Positions 56,207-64,000 of a stretch of DNA of 64,000 bases are shown here, piece by piece. Within the stretch, counting starts at the first letter, position 1, and each line of letters opens with the position of its first letter. Location of the stretch: IMG/VR virus record IMGVR_UViG_3300031949_000350, positions 15,470 to 79,469 of that record; one strand, 5' to 3'. The notes under the pieces are model-generated. The model saw only the letters and a program-made list of their open reading frames with translations. It did no database searches and was not told where the DNA came from. A program made the position numbers and the translations under genes. Origin of the DNA: a virus.

Positions 56207-57141
56207 TAGAATTCTTTGAGCTTATCAGTGATCGATTCATCACTGGGTAAGTATGTAGCCTCATGCGAAGGAATTCTATACGGACTCCATCGCCCATAGC
56301 GGTCAGTCATTCGGTTGATTTCATCAGGCTCAGTACCGAGAACACTGGAATGACGAGTCCTCTTAGCTAAAGCCTCATTACCCCACTTGGCTTCGGAAGC
56401 AAGTCGCTCTCGCTCAGCGCCGCGCTCTGCCGACTGCCAATCAACCAGACCGCGAGCAGCCTTGCCAATGTTCCAGGCACCGATTCCAGCACCGACAAGC
56501 GGAATGCCGCGACCGGCAATCGAACCAAGCTTACCAGTAACGTTGATAGCGCCCTGCATCACAGCACCGGCGGCTGCGCCCTTCAGACCGGCCTTAGCTG
56601 CCTCGTATCCACGCTCCATCGGAGTGCCCTCAGCCATCGAGTAGGCCGCGGCAATGTCTGCCAAGGTACCGGCAACACCATAACCCTTGACCCTTCGGTT
56701 AAGCCCCTGAAGTGCAATGTCCCGCTTCACGCCACCGAGGACTCGCTCCTTAGCGCCAACGGGAATTTCAATGTCAGTGTCATCGGGGAACATAGAGCCA
56801 ATAGTCCTAGCAGGACGGCGTGTGGCACGGACCTCAGCCTCACGCCTATCATCAAATTCGTCACCAAAGACAAACTGCTGGAGTTTAGACGGAGGATAGC
56901 CAGGAGTCAGCCGACCACCACCGTGCTTAACGATGTCCTCCTCGGCGAGCTTTTCCCAGTCATCAAAGCTGACAGGCTCAGATTGATCCGGTCCAAGAAC
57001 GTCCTTCTTAGTGGGATCAAACGCATCCTCCCACATCTGCTGGCTCCGACGATCAGACTGTCGGCGATCTTCAGCCACCATAGCGCGGGCTTTCTCTTGC
57101 CCCGCCTTACGACGTTCAGCTATACGACGCTCGTCATCCAT
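56206..57141 (-). CDS. Hypothetical protein with Gly/Ala hydrophobic segment
   Basis: Coupled 311-aa ORF. Confidence 0.55.
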   Translation of the reverse strand: MDDERRIAERRKAGQEKARAMVAEDRRQSDRRSQQMWEDAFDPTKKDVLGPDQSEPVSFDDWEKLAEEDIVKHGGGRLTPGYPPSKLQQFVFGDEFDDRREAEVRATRRPARTIGSMFPDDTDIEIPVGAKERVLGGVKRDIALQGLNRRVKGYGVAGTLADIAAAYSMAEGTPMERGYEAAKAGLKGAAAGAVMQGAINVTGKLGSIAGRGIPLVGAGIGAWNIGKAARGLVDWQSAERGAERERLASEAKWGNEALAKRTRHSSVLGTEPDEINRMTDRYGRWSPYRIPSHEATYLPSDESITDKLKEF

Positions 57142-57320
57142 GACTAACGATTCCTAACTACTCGGAGGCTTTCTAAAGCTAGGGCGCGCATGCATACCCA
57201 GTACAGGAGACTTCCTCTTGAGGGTACCCCAGAATCCGCCAGAAGAATCACGCTGTTCAGCGAGCTTCGCGAGGAGTCCACGGAATCCTTCCTGCTTCGT
57301 CTGCTTCTTTCGTGTGGTCA

Positions 57321-57476
57321 TCATCGCGAGCCCAACGGGCCCTTCTTCTTGGCCGTGTTGTAGAGAACGTTCGTGAACTTACCGTTCTTTTGAACACCCT
57401 GGATCGTGGCGGCGCTACTCGGCTTGTTGGGCTTTGCGCCGCTACTAGTGCGAGACTTCATAAGTGAGCTTGCCAT
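57321..57476 (-). CDS. 51-aa basic protein
   Basis: Translated by hand: MASSLMKSRTSSGAKPNKP...; SD ggag. Confidence 0.45.
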   Translation of the reverse strand: MASSLMKSRTSSGAKPNKPSSAATIQGVQKNGKFTNVLYNTAKKKGPLGSR

Positions 57477-57478
57477 GA

Positions 57479-58258
57479 TTATCTCCTATCTCTGTTGACG
57501 TTGCGCCCGTAATCAGTCTTAGGTGCAACGTGGAAATTTGCATGAAGGGCAGACATCGCATTCTGATCCTTCTTCGACTTGTGCATCTTCCAGTTATCGA
57601 TGTTGTCTCCGTGGACGACTTGAAGCCACATCGGCTTCGGGAGATCGACCAGCTTGTCCACCTTTCCGTGGTTCCGCGAGAAGATAGTCTCTGCCTTCTT
57701 CGCATCCTCAACAAGCCCCTGGAACGGGTTGCTATCCGACTTCGTAGTGACCGAGTACAATTCCCTTCCGGTGATCTGCCGAATGACCATACCACGGAGG
57801 AAGCCCATAGTCTTGCCGGCCTCCTTGGGGGCGTGGGCCAGGAACTCCTCGATGAAGTTAGGAGCCAGCGCGTCATCTGTGTCAAGGTTAACTGAAGCGA
57901 TCATGCCGCGGTGCTTCCTGATGAGATCCTGAGCGGCCTGAACATCATCCTTGATTGCTACTATGACTTGCGCTCCCATCTCTTCGATGCGCCTGATTGC
58001 ACTCAGGGGAGTACCATCCTGAACAAAGACAAACCAATCAAACCGATTGTCCGACTGTGCCTTCACCGATGGGGCGGTATAACGCTTCATGAGGTCAAGG
58101 CGCTGCTCCATCCATTCACCATTGAATCGGCGCTCGCGCATACGTCGTCCAAGGCGGCGTTCATGTCCAAGCGGATCTCTAGAGTGGCGTCTAGTCGAGA
58201 GATCCTTAGGGACTACTCGCTGAACTGTATTGAACCTTGACAGAAGAAACAGCTTCAT
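57479..58258 (-). CDS. Putative rhamnosyltransferase-like GT-A protein
   Basis: SRFN, W...RL.L...T.PS..AQ....F.W, LDTDDAL...F. Confidence 0.75.
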   Translation of the reverse strand: MKLFLLSRFNTVQRVVPKDLSTRRHSRDPLGHERRLGRRMRERRFNGEWMEQRLDLMKRYTAPSVKAQSDNRFDWFVFVQDGTPLSAIRRIEEMGAQVIVAIKDDVQAAQDLIRKHRGMIASVNLDTDDALAPNFIEEFLAHAPKEAGKTMGFLRGMVIRQITGRELYSVTTKSDSNPFQGLVEDAKKAETIFSRNHGKVDKLVDLPKPMWLQVVHGDNIDNWKMHKSKKDQNAMSALHANFHVAPKTDYGRNVNRDRR

Positions 58259-58270
58259 TACGTCAAATCC

Positions 58271-59233
58271 TTATGCGTAAGCCACTACCCTAATACGCCA
58301 ACTACCGTCAGTGATAGTAGATACATTACTACCGTCCTTAAGAAGCAGTGTCAACGATGCTTGATTTCTAGTAGCATAACCTACTCGAACCACAGTAGAA
58401 CTAATGTATGATACTCGCAATATACTCCAGTCGTTCTCGTTACCAGCGTCATTGGCCGCCATGATATATCCTGATCCTAGATAGAAAACATCATCAGCAA
58501 CGTAGTCCAGATCCGCAGTTACACATTCCAAGAACAAAACAATAGATCTAGGAACTCTACCTAATCCGTGCGTAAAATCTGTAAACGAATCCTGTGCAGG
58601 CAGCGCTATTTGACCGCTATCATACCGATCACTAAACCCGGCCCCAGCTAACTCATCGATGGCTGCCTGCACCTGCGTGGCCGTCATAGCAGAAGTAGTG
58701 TTAACGAAGCTCACCTGAGATGCAGCAACCGCATTAGTAGTACTGATAATCTCAGAAGTAACCGATCCTTCAGCTAAGTCATCGGTCTGAGCCTGACCAG
58801 TGGTAAGGTTCAAAGTGACCGACCAAACACCTCGCTGCCCGGAAGAATTAACGGCGCGAACGCGGGCAAACCACGTCGCGCCACCACCACCGCCAGTCTC
58901 ACTAGCCGTGTTAAAGACATATTGAGTCGTTGCCTCGTTGTATTCCTGAAGGCCCTCATTGAAAGCCAGCGCCGTCGAGAAAGCAAGCTCATATCTCCGA
59001 AGATCGGAAATCGACACGGCATTCCATCCAACCGTAGCACTGCCGGGAGTCTGACCAATGACCCTGAGGCCGGTCACCTGAGGGACAGTGCCTTTACCAC
59101 GCCCAGTCTGCTCGGCATCCTGATTAGCATCAGTCTTCTTATCCAGTGCAAGTTCAATGCGCCGGAGACGAAGTTCAAGCTCAAGATCGCCTTCGACCTC
59201 AAGCCCAAGTCTCTTTGCAGATTGACCAGACAT
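58271..59233 (-). CDS. FN3-containing tail fibre/virion protein
   Basis: PQVTGL..VGW..Y..ARVRAVNSSG..G.WS; HGLGRVP C-terminal domain. Confidence 0.6.
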   Translation of the reverse strand: MSGQSAKRLGLEVEGDLELELRLRRIELALDKKTDANQDAEQTGRGKGTVPQVTGLRVIGQTPGSATVGWNAVSISDLRRYELAFSTALAFNEGLQEYNEATTQYVFNTASETGGGGGATWFARVRAVNSSGQRGVWSVTLNLTTGQAQTDDLAEGSVTSEIISTTNAVAASQVSFVNTTSAMTATQVQAAIDELAGAGFSDRYDSGQIALPAQDSFTDFTHGLGRVPRSIVLFLECVTADLDYVADDVFYLGSGYIMAANDAGNENDWSILRVSYISSTVVRVGYATRNQASLTLLLKDGSNVSTITDGSWRIRVVAYA

Positions 59234-59661
59234 TACTCAGCAGTCCTTTGCTTCATCTTGTACTGCCGCACTTCGCTAACATCGGCAATGTTCCCAAGCA
59301 TCTGAATGGTGCCCTGCGACAGCGTGCTGTGCGGGTGGTCCATAGGGCGAGGGGTCACAGTCGATTCAATCTCAGAACACAGGAGCCCTTCAGTCCTAAG
59401 CAGAACCTTGATTGCCTGACATGCGTCCTGAAACTCAACACGGCCCAGCATCTCCGAGGCTTCCCGATTGATGCTGAACAAGTCCGTGTGCTTGCCAAGT
59501 CCGATCATGCGCTCGACAACATTGTCGTACTCTGCCTCATAGGCAGGATACAGTTCGCCGAAGAACTCATGATCTTGAAAGAACGTACAGCCCTTGACAA
59601 GATTGTGGCAGATGTGAGAGTAAAGCTGAAGGAATCGCAGGAACACAGCGATCTTCTCCAT
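59233..59661 (-). CDS. Ferritin/Dps-like protein
   Basis: H..H..VKG..F..DH.F..ELY......D...ER. Confidence 0.75.
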   Translation of the reverse strand: MEKIAVFLRFLQLYSHICHNLVKGCTFFQDHEFFGELYPAYEAEYDNVVERMIGLGKHTDLFSINREASEMLGRVEFQDACQAIKVLLRTEGLLCSEIESTVTPRPMDHPHSTLSQGTIQMLGNIADVSEVRQYKMKQRTAE

Positions 59662-60356
59662 CAGTTTTCTCCATAGCCCGGGGGAAGAATAAGCCCGCCT
59701 TCACGGTCTGTGGCGGGACGGATGAGCTTGCTGCGGTGACTGATTCCAGCGCCGCTGAAAATGGTTTCCTTCTCAGGATTCGTAGGTGCCGTCACCTTCC
59801 TATTGAAGTTGTCCATCGCCCGACTAACCATAGCACGGTTAGCCTTGTTGATCTCATTCATGAGATCCTGCTGCTCATCCATCTTCTTCTGTCGAGCTTC
59901 AATGTCAAGGGATTCGAGATACCGGGTCCAACCCCTATGACCATACTTTGAATTGAACTTATCCTGTAGCCAAAGCTGATTCACAGCTAGGTCGAGGTAC
60001 TGATTGTCCTTACTCTCAAGTTTGATGATGTGCGCCCAGCCATACGGACGGCAAAGCCGCCAGATGTGCCAGTGCCCGTCATCAATAGGTCTACCCTGGC
60101 CGTTGGTGAGGATGAACCCGAAGTTCAGTTCACCGTGCTTGTATTCAATCTGGTACCGAGGGTCTTCGATGGAGCCCGAGTAATCATTGATCATCGAGTC
60201 CCAGAGGAGACGGTATCGGTGGAAGACAGGATAGAGATTCTCATCCAGTCCACGCAGATCGGACATGAAGTTTGCAGGAAGATCTACCCCAAGGCCGCAC
60301 TGCCGGTAGCTAATGCCGCGGGGACGTAGATCAGTAGGTAGATGGAGTACGGACAT
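59661..60356 (-). CDS. Hypothetical protein
   Basis: ORF with SD gggagg. Confidence 0.55.
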   Translation of the reverse strand: MSVLHLPTDLRPRGISYRQCGLGVDLPANFMSDLRGLDENLYPVFHRYRLLWDSMINDYSGSIEDPRYQIEYKHGELNFGFILTNGQGRPIDDGHWHIWRLCRPYGWAHIIKLESKDNQYLDLAVNQLWLQDKFNSKYGHRGWTRYLESLDIEARQKKMDEQQDLMNEINKANRAMVSRAMDNFNRKVTAPTNPEKETIFSGAGISHRSKLIRPATDREGGLILPPGYGEN

Positions 60357-60406
60357 TCTTGGTACCTCCCAGTACAAGACAGACAGGGCGGGAGAGCCCG
60401 CCTTCC

Positions 60407-60667
60407 TTAGAACCCGAAAACAACCAGAACGCCAGTCGAAGCCGAGAGATCAGCACTCGCGAGCGTAATCTCACGACCACTGATCGTGAGAGCAACCGCA
60501 GCGGTAAGCGCGCCGCCCGAGGTATTCGGAATGAAGAATCCAAAGTCAGGATTCGCAATCGTGGTCGTGTAGGTATCGCCGTTGTCCACAGAGGCAAGGT
60601 CAGCGACCTCCATCTTGCGAGCACCGAGAACCGCCACGAACTTCTGGGTCGTAGTAACAGCAGCCAT
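60407..60667 (-). CDS. Small beta-rich virion protein (putative)
   Basis: Thr/Ala-rich; strong SD. Confidence 0.55.
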   Translation of the reverse strand: MAAVTTTQKFVAVLGARKMEVADLASVDNGDTYTTTIANPDFGFFIPNTSGGALTAAVALTISGREITLASADLSASTGVLVVFGF

Positions 60668-60678
60668 TTCTTATCTCC

Positions 60679-60843
60679 TTAGTTTCTGCGAGCCTTGCTC
60701 TGTGCCTTAGCCCGCTCTTTGTATACTTCCTGTGCAGAGTGTCGGCAGGGAGGGCAGTATTTAGGAGCCTTAGATCCAGACTTCTGCTTTACCACACAAC
60801 CGCAACTTCCACAACGAATAGGAGCAACAAAGGCGTTTGACAT
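60679..60843 (-). CDS. Small Zn-finger protein
   Basis: CGSC..CPPC; start placed downstream of the terminator. Confidence 0.5.
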   Translation of the reverse strand: MSNAFVAPIRCGSCGCVVKQKSGSKAPKYCPPCRHSAQEVYKERAKAQSKARRN

Positions 60844-60860
60844 AGAGAGACTCCCAATAG

Positions 60861-60893
60861 TAGAAAGGGGGCTGCCTTTGCCGGGCAGCCCCC
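60861..60893 (-). terminator. Intrinsic terminator
   Basis: 10-bp stem GGGGGCTGCC/GGCAGCCCCC followed by TTTCTA, 30 nt after the stop at 60923. Confidence 0.75.
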
Positions 60894-60922
60894 AGTCATG
60901 TTTCAATGCTGTGCGCTAGAGC

Positions 60923-61324
60923 TTACAGAAGCTCCACGTCCATCGCGCTATCACCGAAGGCATCGAACTCGACCGTCTCAGTCGCAGCCGACGCGATGGG
61001 CGTAAGCAGCCCGTCCGCATCGATGTTGAAGAGATAGAAGTGTCCAGTGCTCTTGGTGTAGGTCACCTGACGGATCGGCGCAATGCCGCCCGCTGCCGCA
61101 GCCGACATCGCGCCAGTGTTACCGTCAGACACGCGAATGTTGATCGCGTCGATGGCGCTCAGGCCGAGGTCGTTCGCCGAGAGGGGCTCACCGTCTCCGC
61201 CGCTGTAGGACGAAACCGTGATCACACCGACGACGCGGGTCTTGCCCTGCTTGGGAGAGCCCGAACTGTCAAAGCCCGCACCCGGAAGGAACGAGCGATA
61301 TCGAAAAGAAACAGACTTAGCCAT
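60923..61324 (-). CDS. Putative virion (decoration-type) protein
   Basis: Strong SD aaaggag; own terminator; beta-rich. Confidence 0.55.
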   Translation of the reverse strand: MAKSVSFRYRSFLPGAGFDSSGSPKQGKTRVVGVITVSSYSGGDGEPLSANDLGLSAIDAINIRVSDGNTGAMSAAAAGGIAPIRQVTYTKSTGHFYLFNIDADGLLTPIASAATETVEFDAFGDSAMDVELL

Positions 61325-61422
61325 TGTAGGCTCCTTTGTTTAGTGTCTTCTCAACGAAGAAAGCTCCTCCCCCAACTTAACGGGTCGGCACTCAATCTTC
61401 AAATATGAATTACTTTCAAAGT

Positions 61423-61911
61423 TCACTCAACGCGAACTCTGTTTCTGCCGCCTTTACTAATGTTATCCTTAGCCCATAAGGGCTGAAGATTAGTATAGTG
61501 GCAAACCTTTAAAACTACACCCTGATCGGTCAAATCTACTATAGATAAGGGAATAATATGGTCTATATGCCATTGTCCATAGTTCTCCCAGGTCATTCCC
61601 TCACCAAACTGATTCTCAAGATAGATCTTCAGTTCATCAATGGAACAATCAAGATCTTTAACTGCTGAACCGGATTTTGAATTGTATCTAAGAGCAGCAG
61701 AGAGCCTAGATCTAAGGTTCATTGCTATACGGGCATTCAACCCGGGGGGTTTATAGCCTTTATTCTTTTGCCTCCAACACTTCTGCGTTTCAAGAACTTT
61801 ATCAGGACAGTTCTTCCTATACAAACTAACAGCCTGTATCTTCTTCTGTCTATTTCTACTATAATGCTCTCTCTGGCGCTTACGTCGAATTTCAACAGAC
61901 TTATACGGCAT
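61423..61911 (-). CDS. HNH endonuclease
   Basis: GMTWENYGQWHIDHIIPL..HYTNLQPLWAKDNISKG; AT-rich. Confidence 0.88.
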   Translation of the reverse strand: MPYKSVEIRRKRQREHYSRNRQKKIQAVSLYRKNCPDKVLETQKCWRQKNKGYKPPGLNARIAMNLRSRLSAALRYNSKSGSAVKDLDCSIDELKIYLENQFGEGMTWENYGQWHIDHIIPLSIVDLTDQGVVLKVCHYTNLQPLWAKDNISKGGRNRVRVE

Positions 61912-61921
61912 ATCTAAGCTC

Positions 61922-61941
61922 CTATTAGATAATACCGTTTC
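61922..61941 (-). promoter_or_regulatory. Conserved phage promoter motif
   Basis: Minus strand GAAACGGTATTATCTAATAG, identical to 7431-7450. Confidence 0.72.
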
Positions 61942-61973
61942 GGCTAATGTTCAAGCAGCCAGAAACGATCTGA

Positions 61974-62282
61974 TCAAGTGGGATCTTCGTCGCGACTGAG
62001 GTTGCTACGGAAGCCCTTGCGGTGCGCAACGGACACGAGACACCGAGTGCCCTTTACTCCGCCCGTGATAGTCAAAGTATTCTGACCCTCGGTAAGCGCA
62101 CCAGCCGTCACCGTGATCCCGGCCGTGAGCGAGCCCACAGCGCTCGTGCTCTGAAGCCCGGGGACCGTCAATGTGTCTGAACTGGACTGAAGCTCCAGAT
62201 CATAAATCGAGATATACTGCCGGGCCGACGGAACGTCAATCACGCGGTAACTCTCCACACCAATCGTATCAAGTAGCGCCAT
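61974..62282 (-). CDS. Hypothetical protein (putative virion)
   Basis: ORF with SD ggag. Confidence 0.5.
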   Translation of the reverse strand: MALLDTIGVESYRVIDVPSARQYISIYDLELQSSSDTLTVPGLQSTSAVGSLTAGITVTAGALTEGQNTLTITGGVKGTRCLVSVAHRKGFRSNLSRDEDPT

Positions 62283-62291
62283 CTTACGCTC

Positions 62292-62516
62292 CTATAGTTT
62301 TCTATCGGCCGCACATTTAGCGTCCGAATCAATAATGTAGGTACGGGCCTTAGGATATTCCCTCTTGCCCTTCATCATGAGAAGTTCGTCACTGAGGCCC
62401 TGAACTTCACTAATTCGAGAACAGGGCCAAGGTTGAACAGCGTATACACTCATACAGCCTAGAGAGCCAAAAGCTAGGATGAACCCGAAACTCGCTAGCC
62501 ACACTTTAGGTTTCAT
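62292..62516 (-). CDS. Lipoprotein, putative o-spanin
   Basis: Lipobox SLGC; coupled to an upstream TM protein near the holin. Confidence 0.55.
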   Translation of the reverse strand: MKPKVWLASFGFILAFGSLGCMSVYAVQPWPCSRISEVQGLSDELLMMKGKREYPKARTYIIDSDAKCAADRKL

Positions 62517-62722
62517 AGATATTTCTCACGGCTCTCATTAAGCGCCTTCTCATGCTCTTCCTCAGCCTTGGCCCTTGCCTCAGCACCCTTCTTGAGTGCG
62601 TCGGTTTCAGTCTCAGCCTTGCCAGTACTGTAGTTCGACTTGGCGTAGAGGTAAGCCAGTACACCAATCAGAATACCTAACACGACTATAACGACTGCGA
62701 ATGTGGCAAGTGATTCGAGCAT
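62513..62722 (-). CDS. Putative i-spanin
   Basis: N-terminal TM helix followed by a charged coiled coil. Confidence 0.55.
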   Translation of the reverse strand: MLESLATFAVVIVVLGILIGVLAYLYAKSNYSTGKAETETDALKKGAEARAKAEEEHEKALNESREKYL

Positions 62723-62826
62723 TCTTACTAATCCTCCAGATCGCGATTGAGCCGCTCGCAGCCAGCGTTTAGCAGCAGCGCGATGCCCCCCCAGACCACA
62801 ACGGCCCAAAGGAGGTCTTCCCACAA

Positions 62827-63018
62827 CTAGGCAGCCGGGGGCTTGGGATTGAGAGCGATCTTGCTCAGCACATTGATGACCACCGCAAGGATCGCATCAT
62901 CCTTGGGAGTCGGGGTGAGCTTCACAATAACGCTGGCAGCGCCAACGACAGCGAGAACGCCCTGAACAATATCAACCCAGTTAGCAGTCACGAAAGTGAT
63001 GATTGCACCAAAGTCCAT
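62827..63018 (-). CDS. Putative holin
   Basis: TM helix followed by LTPTPKDD motif. Confidence 0.6.
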   Translation of the reverse strand: MDFGAIITFVTANWVDIVQGVLAVVGAASVIVKLTPTPKDDAILAVVINVLSKIALNPKPPAA

Positions 63019-63029
63019 GATTATCTCCT

Positions 63030-63653
63030 TTAGTCCATACCAAGGAATGCGTTGAAAAGATCAGCGCGGTCCTGTAGTATTCGTCTACGTTGAGTCTCCT
63101 CCTCAGCCAGAGGAGTATACTTGTAGGTGTGTAGTTGCTGAGCCTTAGCACTAGCCTGATCTTGGTAAGCCTTAAGCTCCGACGACATGTTGCTGAGGTA
63201 TTCCTTGGTGAAGCGATCCTTATCACCGGGACTGCCTGCCTCTTTATAGGCGGCGTCGATCTCGTTCTTATACTCTGAGGAAAGATTAATCTTCTTCTTG
63301 CCCTTAGTGATCTTGGATAGATCTTCAAGATATTTCTGAGCGGTAGTAGAACGCTGAGAGATCCTCGCAAGATCCTCAGGATTGCTATAAGAACTCGCCT
63401 CCGTAGCGATGTCCGTATACTCCTGCGGGATCTGTGCGAGGCGTGGCTGGTGAATCTGACCGAGACGCGAATACTGATCAGCAAGCTCAGCAAGCATACC
63501 AGGACGGCCCTCTGCCACGCCACGGCCCTTAGCCGTACTGTAAAGATCCATAAACCCCTGACGCATCACCTGCCTGTTAGGGTCAACAGCAAGTGAAGTG
63601 CCAAGAAGCGGATTCTTCTTGAGCCTGCCGTCGCGGTAGGCACTGATAGCCAT
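63030..63653 (-). CDS. Hypothetical protein
   Basis: 207-aa ORF in the operon. Confidence 0.55.
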   Translation of the reverse strand: MAISAYRDGRLKKNPLLGTSLAVDPNRQVMRQGFMDLYSTAKGRGVAEGRPGMLAELADQYSRLGQIHQPRLAQIPQEYTDIATEASSYSNPEDLARISQRSTTAQKYLEDLSKITKGKKKINLSSEYKNEIDAAYKEAGSPGDKDRFTKEYLSNMSSELKAYQDQASAKAQQLHTYKYTPLAEEETQRRRILQDRADLFNAFLGMD

Positions 63654-63666
63654 GACTAAAAGCCAG

Positions 63667-63942
63667 TTACGGCTTGCTGCTTGCCGAGGTCTTGCCGCTG
63701 TTCAGAACGACAATCACAGCCCCGCCAATGCTAGACCCACCGGCCGCGAGCGTCAGGGTCTTGAGCCCACCGCTAGCACTACCGAGAGAAGCCGAAGGGC
63801 CGCCCGAAGTAGGAGAGATCACCGACACCGACACGCACGGCTGGTCAACGCTGACCGACACCGCCCGCCCGCTGTAAGCCACGCGCAGGAAAACGAACTG
63901 AGTACCGAAAACGCGAACGCGAGTTTCACCGAGAATAGACAT
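63667..63942 (-). CDS. Small Ser/Gly-rich protein
   Basis: SD aaaggag; beta-rich. Confidence 0.5.
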   Translation of the reverse strand: MSILGETRVRVFGTQFVFLRVAYSGRAVSVSVDQPCVSVSVISPTSGGPSASLGSASGGLKTLTLAAGGSSIGGAVIVVLNSGKTSASSKP

Positions 63943-64000
63943 TGCTGTCTCCTTTACTTGAGATGAACAATAGTGGTAAGTACACCAGCATTATTATTGA

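Noticed and set aside
60385-60404. GGCGGG/CCCGCC hairpin as a terminator after 60407
   Set aside because: Only a 6-bp stem with a poor U-tract; not enough support to list as a feature
60844-60906. N-terminal part of listed ORF 60679..60906
   Set aside because: It overlaps a clear terminator hairpin; the ATG at 60843 is the more plausible start
1-64000. Genome-wide TAG or TGA stop-codon reassignment
   Set aside because: Conserved genes (PolA, NrdJ, RtcB, ThyX, GuaB-like) are full length in the standard code and all three stops are used at proper ends
1-64000. CRISPR array, tRNA genes, DGR or integrase
   Set aside because: No regularly spaced repeats, cloverleaf sequences, RT or recombinase motifs were seen by eye; a tRNAscan/CRISPR search is needed to be sure

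Overview
This window is 64 kb of a large tailed dsDNA bacteriophage genome, probably podovirus-like, arranged as two convergent arms. The + arm (1-37273) carries RNA repair genes (probable Rnl2-type ligase C-terminus, RtcB) and a primase. It also has a UDG-like/exonuclease/PolA DNA polymerase and T4-like recombination genes (UvsY-like, gp32-like SSB, RecA, Mre11/Rad50). Further along are ClpP, a T5 A1-like nuclease, nucleotide metabolism genes (MazG-like, GuaB/GuaC, NrdJ, ThyX, kinase), an Acb2/Tad1-like sponge, peptide deformylase and a large glycosyltransferase/methyltransferase cluster. The - arm (37258-64000) carries lysis genes, small virion proteins, a Dps-like protein, an FN3 fibre, an adaptor, a tail/stabilisation protein and three ejection-type proteins, and it ends in more glycan genes. 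Five observations stand out. (1) A promoter-driven small KOW/SH3-like gene is followed by about 280 nt of highly structured non-coding sequence. (2) About nine glycosyl/nucleotidyl-transferase genes span both arms. (3) A GNAT, degenerate citrate-synthase-like and sulfotransferase-like cassette sits inside the virion module. (4) Three endonuclease genes lie between exact short direct repeats, and removing them restores clean gene junctions. (5) A promoter motif occurs in five copies. All family calls come from motif recognition by eye; no searches were run.
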